From: Promethearchaeota archaeon
Lineage (GTDB): Archaea > Asgardarchaeota > Heimdallarchaeia > Hodarchaeales > Hodarchaeaceae
Length of the DNA stretch: 64,000 nucleotides
Direction of reading: 5' to 3'
Assembly: GCA_048938105.1 (NCBI GenBank)
Contig: JBHLMN010000007.1
Span: forward strand, 1-64,000
This document shows, one piece after another, positions 59,235 through 64,000 of this stretch. A program made the position numbers and the translations under genes. The stretch's first letter is position 1; each line of letters opens with the position of its first letter. The notes under the pieces were generated by a model that had not been told where the DNA came from, searched no databases, and saw only the letters and a program-made list of their open reading frames with translations.

Positions 59235-59804
59235 ATGGAATCACATTATTTTGAAAAACCTGGACGTGAGAATACATTAGACACCTTGAAACTCGCATAT
59301 AAGGCTGCAAACGAGTTGAATATAAACACCATTGTTGTTGCGAGTACTACTGGTAAATCAGCTCTCGAAGCTATCAATGTTTTCGGTGAATCAATTCAAT
59401 TAATAATTGTTACCCATCAAGATGGTTTTAAAGATGTTGGTAATGAATTTTCTGCAGAAATCAAAGAAGAAATCCTTCAAAAACGGCCTTCTACCATTTT
59501 TCACACAGGAACTCATGCGTTTGCAGGTCTAGAGCGAAGCTTTCGCTTAAAACAGGAGACAATGTTACCTATTGAAATGATTGCTATTACTCTTCGTCGA
59601 TGCTTTGGGGAAGGAACAAAAGTAACCATGGAGATGGCTTTAATGGTTTCGGACGCTGGTCTTATTGATTTAACTAGAGAGATAATCAGCATTGCAGGAA
59701 CAGGTAGAGGACTTGATACTGCATGGATTATCAAACCCTCATATTCTCATAAGCTTTTCAACTTAAAAATGAAGATACCAATCTGTAAACCAAGGAATTT
59801 TTAA
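59235..59804 (+). CDS. Pyruvate kinase C-terminal-like alpha/beta protein (MTH1675/COG1751 type)
   Basis: YFEKPG.ENT..TL, IVVAST.G.SA, THA..G.ERS, FGEG.KV..E..LM..DAG and GTGRG.DTA. Confidence 0.85.
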   Translation: MESHYFEKPGRENTLDTLKLAYKAANELNINTIVVASTTGKSALEAINVFGESIQLIIVTHQDGFKDVGNEFSAEIKEEILQKRPSTIFHTGTHAFAGLERSFRLKQETMLPIEMIAITLRRCFGEGTKVTMEMALMVSDAGLIDLTREIISIAGTGRGLDTAWIIKPSYSHKLFNLKMKIPICKPRNF

Positions 59805-59859
59805 TGAATACCTTTATCTCTAATAACTCATATTATTTAAAGAAATTTGGTTAAGAATC

Positions 59860-60585
59860 TTGAAACACTCTCAATTTGCACTCTCATATGTAGATTCTCT
59901 TGATTTCCTACATAAAATAAAAAAAATCAATCATCAATTTATTTATAACAAGATTGAAAAGATTTTTCAATATATCAATGTTCGTGGGGACTTTCAATGC
60001 AAAATACAATTTGCTCCTCTTTTATTTGCGAAAAAACTTGACTTATTAAACTTAAATAGATTTATAGACATCCTACCGGCAGAACCTCTTTATTTAATCC
60101 TTCTCATCAGAGCAGGTTATGCAGCGTTAGGTTTTAGTCAAAATGGTATTCTAACTCATCATAAGGTTATAAAGAAATATATGGTAAGAAAAAAACAAGG
60201 GAAAGCTCAATTAACTTACCAAGCTCAACGTGGTAAAGCACGAGGTGGTGCTAAACTTCGCTTAGCTAGAACAAATGAGTTTTTAATAGAAATAAATACT
60301 AAACTTAATGATTGGCAAGACAGCATTAAAGAAGCTCAGTGGATCATGTTTCAATGCTCTCCTCGGCTATGGAATGGAATTTTCAAGACAAAAATACTCA
60401 CTCCATTTGATAAAAACGATGAAAGATTGCATAAGATAGGTTTAAACACATATAAACCATCATATGGAGAATTACAGAGGATAAATGGTCTTTTATTACA
60501 GACCACAATAAATCTATATGCCAAGGAGCGTGTTGGATCCATCGAAGATCTATTATTTCAATTAACAACAGAGGCTTCTGACTAA
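59860..60585 (+). CDS. Vms1/ANKZF1-like release factor (bVLRF1 family)
   Basis: L.LIRAG.AA.G.......HKV...YMVRKKQGKAQ......G..RGGA.LR, and PF.K.D.RL..I...T..P...EL.R. Confidence 0.8.
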   Translation: MKHSQFALSYVDSLDFLHKIKKINHQFIYNKIEKIFQYINVRGDFQCKIQFAPLLFAKKLDLLNLNRFIDILPAEPLYLILLIRAGYAALGFSQNGILTHHKVIKKYMVRKKQGKAQLTYQAQRGKARGGAKLRLARTNEFLIEINTKLNDWQDSIKEAQWIMFQCSPRLWNGIFKTKILTPFDKNDERLHKIGLNTYKPSYGELQRINGLLLQTTINLYAKERVGSIEDLLFQLTTEASD

Positions 60586-60592
60586 ATGCTTC

Positions 60593-61567
60593 TTAATCGT
60601 ACTGTTGCATCATCATTAGGAGCTGAAAAGTGGCAGCTTCTTTTTGTTTCATAGATTCTTGTACATCTTGTTGTGAATAATCATGAAACCCTTTTCCACT
60701 TTTTGTACCAAGCTCCCCAGTTTTAACCATTTTCTCTAAAAATACAGGTGGTTTGGTTGAACGATCTAAAGTTGGATAAAGGTAAGTAAGAACATTTTGA
60801 ATAGTATCCAGTCCCATCAAGTCTACCATCTCAAATACCTTCATAATAGGGAGCCTTAATCCCAAACCATATCTTACAGTAGTTTCTAAATCCACAACAT
60901 CCATTACATCCTCATCTACTAAGTGCATTACTTCCCTAAATAATGCTGCTTGTAATCTATTATGAACATAACCAGGAATGTCCTTTTTAACTAAGACTGG
61001 ACGCTTATTAACGTTGATTAAAAGCTTCATTATTACCTGTACAGTCTGATCCAATGTCTGTTGTCCTTTGACTACTTCTACGAGAGGCATGAAGAGTGGG
61101 GGATTCATAAAATGAGTCCCAATACACAGTTCAGGCCGAGTCGTTTCATTAGCGATTTCTGTTATACTCAAACCAGAGGAGTTGGTTGCTAATATGGTTG
61201 AAGAAGGTGTAATTTCATCTAATTCTTTGAAAATTTTACGTTTTAACTCCAGTTTTTCTGGAACAGCCTCAATAATAAGATGAGAATCCCTTATAGAGCC
61301 AATGTCGTCCTCTAGATAAATCCTATTACGAGCTTTCTTTAGATCAGCTGCATTAAATAAACCAGTACTCTCAACTTTAGTGAAATCATTCTGCAAACGG
61401 AACTCAGCCTTCTTTAATTGCTCCTCAGAAATGTCGTACAATATTATCTCAAAATCATATGAGGCTCCAAAAATAGCGAACAGCTCTGCAATGCTAGGCC
61501 CCATAACTCCCGCACCAAGTATTCCTATTTTTTGTATTTTTGATAAATCCATAACTTTCACCAGCAC
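60593..61567 (-). CDS. 3-hydroxyacyl-CoA dehydrogenase family protein
   Basis: GAGVMG, IEAVPE.LELK, ATNSS, GTHFMNPP, LVEV, D.PGYV.NRL and GELG.KSGKGF. Likely start near 61549. Confidence 0.9.
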   Translation of the reverse strand: MLVKVMDLSKIQKIGILGAGVMGPSIAELFAIFGASYDFEIILYDISEEQLKKAEFRLQNDFTKVESTGLFNAADLKKARNRIYLEDDIGSIRDSHLIIEAVPEKLELKRKIFKELDEITPSSTILATNSSGLSITEIANETTRPELCIGTHFMNPPLFMPLVEVVKGQQTLDQTVQVIMKLLINVNKRPVLVKKDIPGYVHNRLQAALFREVMHLVDEDVMDVVDLETTVRYGLGLRLPIMKVFEMVDLMGLDTIQNVLTYLYPTLDRSTKPPVFLEKMVKTGELGTKSGKGFHDYSQQDVQESMKQKEAATFQLLMMMQQYD

Positions 61568-61571
61568 TTTC

Positions 61572-62543
61572 TTAAACTTTATATTGAGGATTCTCTTGAA
61601 CCTCTGAAATAAAATCTTTAACCAACTTTTCAGGGGAATAAACTGGTTTAAAATTCAGATCCTTACGAGTCAAGGTATCATCGCCTTCCATCATTGATAA
61701 GAATTTCAGTAATATTGATAACTCATCATCAGGTTCATATTCAATCACAGCCTCAGGGATTTCTTGTTGTACTAGATTAGCTAATTCTTTGGCCGAAATC
61801 CAAAAGCCATCAAGATTGTATGCCTGTTCGCTAATACTTTTCCGCTCTAAGAGGCTTCCCAAAAGTTGTGTTACATCTTTTATATATAAAATGGGAATGG
61901 TTATTTCAGGTTCTACATTACAAACTCCTTTCAGGCCCTGAGCAGGATACTGTATAATATTATTAGCATATATTGTCATACCAGCACCTGTCCTTCCTGG
62001 CCCAATAAGGGCGGGAAGGCGAAGTGTAACAAAATTAACATTTTTACGACGATGGTAGAACGTTCCTAGAACTTCTGAACATACTTTACCAACGCCATAC
62101 ATTGTTAAGGGCTCACGATATGTCTTCTCGGTTATAGGAAGATCAACACCTGGGCTGTAAATAGCTGCACTACTAGAATAGTAAACATTAGAAGTGCTAA
62201 AAAGGCTTGCACACTCAAGTATGTTGAAAGTGCCTTGAATATTGACTCTAAAAGCATCTTCGGTCTTTGTCTCTGTATGTGGAGGCATCAGGCTCCCAAA
62301 ATGAAAGATATTTTCTATCGGTTGATGAGAATCAAAACACGATTTTAATTCTGACCAGTTAGATAAATCTCCCTGAATAATTAGTACCCTAGAATTATCT
62401 TTCAGGTCTTTTATTCTCTTTTCATTTATGATATAATCATATAGGATAAGCTCTTCATTTGTGGTTTCTGTTAAATGACGAGCCAAAAACGACCCAATGA
62501 ATCCTGTTCCCCCAGTGATAAGTGTTGTCATGATATAATCCAC
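61572..62543 (-). CDS. NAD-dependent epimerase/dehydratase (extended SDR; L-threonine 3-dehydrogenase-like)
   Basis: TGGTGFIG, SSAA, YGVGK and LRLP.LI.PG..G.G.T.YA. Confidence 0.75.
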   Translation of the reverse strand: MDYIMTTLITGGTGFIGSFLARHLTETTNEELILYDYIINEKRIKDLKDNSRVLIIQGDLSNWSELKSCFDSHQPIENIFHFGSLMPPHTETKTEDAFRVNIQGTFNILECASLFSTSNVYYSSSAAIYSPGVDLPITEKTYREPLTMYGVGKVCSEVLGTFYHRRKNVNFVTLRLPALIGPGRTGAGMTIYANNIIQYPAQGLKGVCNVEPEITIPILYIKDVTQLLGSLLERKSISEQAYNLDGFWISAKELANLVQQEIPEAVIEYEPDDELSILLKFLSMMEGDDTLTRKDLNFKPVYSPEKLVKDFISEVQENPQYKV

Positions 62544-62547
62544 TCAT

Positions 62548-63999
62548 TCATTTCCAATAGCTTGGGTCAGCTGCCGCAGCTGCTCGCTGGTTTAAGATAT
62601 TCGTTTCTTTATCATCAATTCTAACATCTATCAGTGATACACGGCCACTATCACGAGCACGTTTTATCGCTCCAGAAATATCTTCAGGTCGAGTTACCAG
62701 CTCACCCAGAGCACCAAGGCTTTCAGCAAATTTAACATAATCAATTTGTTTATTCAGCTCTGAACCAATCCGATAACCCCAAGATAGGTCTTGGTTGTGG
62801 GCTATCATCCCCCAAGCAGAATCATTTTCAATAATAATAACGAGAGGAAGATCATGTCGAACAGCAGTATCTATTTCAGCACCATTAAAGAGGAAGCTTC
62901 CATCTCCAGTCAGAATCATTATATTTCGATCAGGATCCGCGAGTTTAGATCCAATTGCATGGGGTAATCCAGCTCCTAGATGCCCAATTGGGCCATGAGC
63001 CATGTATATTTGACCAGGATAACTTGATTTCAGAATCAATAACGCCCAAACGGTAGTGTCCCCCCCATCTAATATTAACCTAGTATTCTTATCTAAAAAC
63101 GGTTGAATCTCTTTTGTAAGCCGCTGCGGTTTTATGGGAATATCATTAGAATCAGCTGGACCCATAAGCATTGATTCTAATTCTAAACGGTTCTGTTTCA
63201 CCAGTTTGCTCCACTCTCCATGTAAATTGCTCTTGTTTGCCTCTTTCTGAATAGCTGAGAACAATTCTGTAAGAAAAGGTGCTATTGAGGATGTAACTCC
63301 AAGTTCGAATGGGCGGTTCTTACCAATAACTTGAGAATCAGGATCGACCCAAATTACTTGAACATCCTTATCATAAATACTAGGATTGGTTCCAAAACCT
63401 TGTAACTCTCCAAAGGTTACTCCTAAGACAAGTATAACATCAGCGTCTTTAAGAAGTATATTTTGGATCGCACTTCCAATTGAGAGAGGGTGTAAACCTG
63501 GTACACAACCCATACCTAATTCATCATGTGCGATGGGAATTGATAGGAATTCTGCTACTCGTAGTAGACTCTTAGAAGCATTTCCCCAATAAACGCCACT
63601 TCCAGCAATAATCACTGGCTTCTCAGCCGCTAAAAGAAGCTGGGAAGCTTTTTTAACTAACAAAGGGTCTGGATATGTCTTTCCCTGTACCCGATATGTC
63701 TTTGGTTTTCGCTTAAAGAAAAAATCTTCATCATGGGGCTCCCAATGAAGTGTTTGAATATCTTGAGGGATATCTAATAATACAGGTCCCATATTTTCTG
63801 ATGTAGCAATTCGAAATGCTTCTTGAATATATTCTGGTATCCTAGCGGTCTTATGTATCATTTTAGCATATTTTGTAACATGTTTTGCTAGAGGAATCTG
63901 ATCAATTTCTTGGTTAGCGTGTTTATCAATATGGCACAAAGCACTATGCCCTGTTAAAGCAATAACAGGGCTTCGGGCATAATACGCTGAAACAAGAGC
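62548..63999 (-). CDS. Thiamine-diphosphate-dependent enzyme (ALS / 2-hydroxyacyl-CoA lyase family), 5'-truncated
   Basis: Frame is open to the window end (ALVSAYYARSPVIALTG...QE.DQ); GPV.LDIP.D and TPP motif GDGSF...N..WGM. Confidence 0.88.
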   Translation of the reverse strand, partial: ALVSAYYARSPVIALTGHSALCHIDKHANQEIDQIPLAKHVTKYAKMIHKTARIPEYIQEAFRIATSENMGPVLLDIPQDIQTLHWEPHDEDFFFKRKPKTYRVQGKTYPDPLLVKKASQLLLAAEKPVIIAGSGVYWGNASKSLLRVAEFLSIPIAHDELGMGCVPGLHPLSIGSAIQNILLKDADVILVLGVTFGELQGFGTNPSIYDKDVQVIWVDPDSQVIGKNRPFELGVTSSIAPFLTELFSAIQKEANKSNLHGEWSKLVKQNRLELESMLMGPADSNDIPIKPQRLTKEIQPFLDKNTRLILDGGDTTVWALLILKSSYPGQIYMAHGPIGHLGAGLPHAIGSKLADPDRNIMILTGDGSFLFNGAEIDTAVRHDLPLVIIIENDSAWGMIAHNQDLSWGYRIGSELNKQIDYVKFAESLGALGELVTRPEDISGAIKRARDSGRVSLIDVRIDDKETNILNQRAAAAADPSYWK

Positions 64000-64000
64000 G

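Noticed and set aside
1-64000. Many short (60-160 aa) ORFs in the track that are antisense to or overlap long genes (e.g. 5698-6027, 10093-10485, 33733-34044, 47445-47918)
   Set aside because: They are shadow frames of well-supported genes and carry no independent motifs.
1-64000. CRISPR arrays, tRNA/rRNA genes, transposases and integrases
   Set aside because: No regularly spaced repeats, cloverleafs, long GC-rich structural RNA or recombinase motifs were seen by eye.

Overview
AT-rich, gene-dense archaeal chromosomal segment with about 50 protein-coding genes. I found no rRNA, tRNA, CRISPR array or transposase. An archaeal/eukaryote-type ProRS, NucS, DUF763, PGF-CTERM-like surface proteins, a Rab-like small GTPase and roadblock-domain proteins together point to an Asgard archaeon, probably Heimdallarchaeia/Hodarchaeales-like (inference from gene content only). 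Most genes are housekeeping, catabolic or transport genes. The most notable items are: (1) a translationally coupled pair encoding a stand-alone roadblock protein and a 659-aa roadblock-roadblock-PCI/winged-helix-coiled-coil-Zn-finger protein; (2) a Vms1/ANKZF1-like (bVLRF1) release factor, in the same window as a bacterial/eukaryote-type class II CCA-adding enzyme; (3) an in-frame MFS transporter-Old Yellow Enzyme fusion with an altered active site; (4) an intergenic hairpin with a canonical box C'/D' K-loop, a candidate L7Ae-bound sRNA; (5) an HsdM-half-HsdS fusion with no HsdR in the window; (6) a radical SAM protein with a PolX-like helix-hairpin-helix tail. All family calls come from motifs recognised by eye; no database searches were run.
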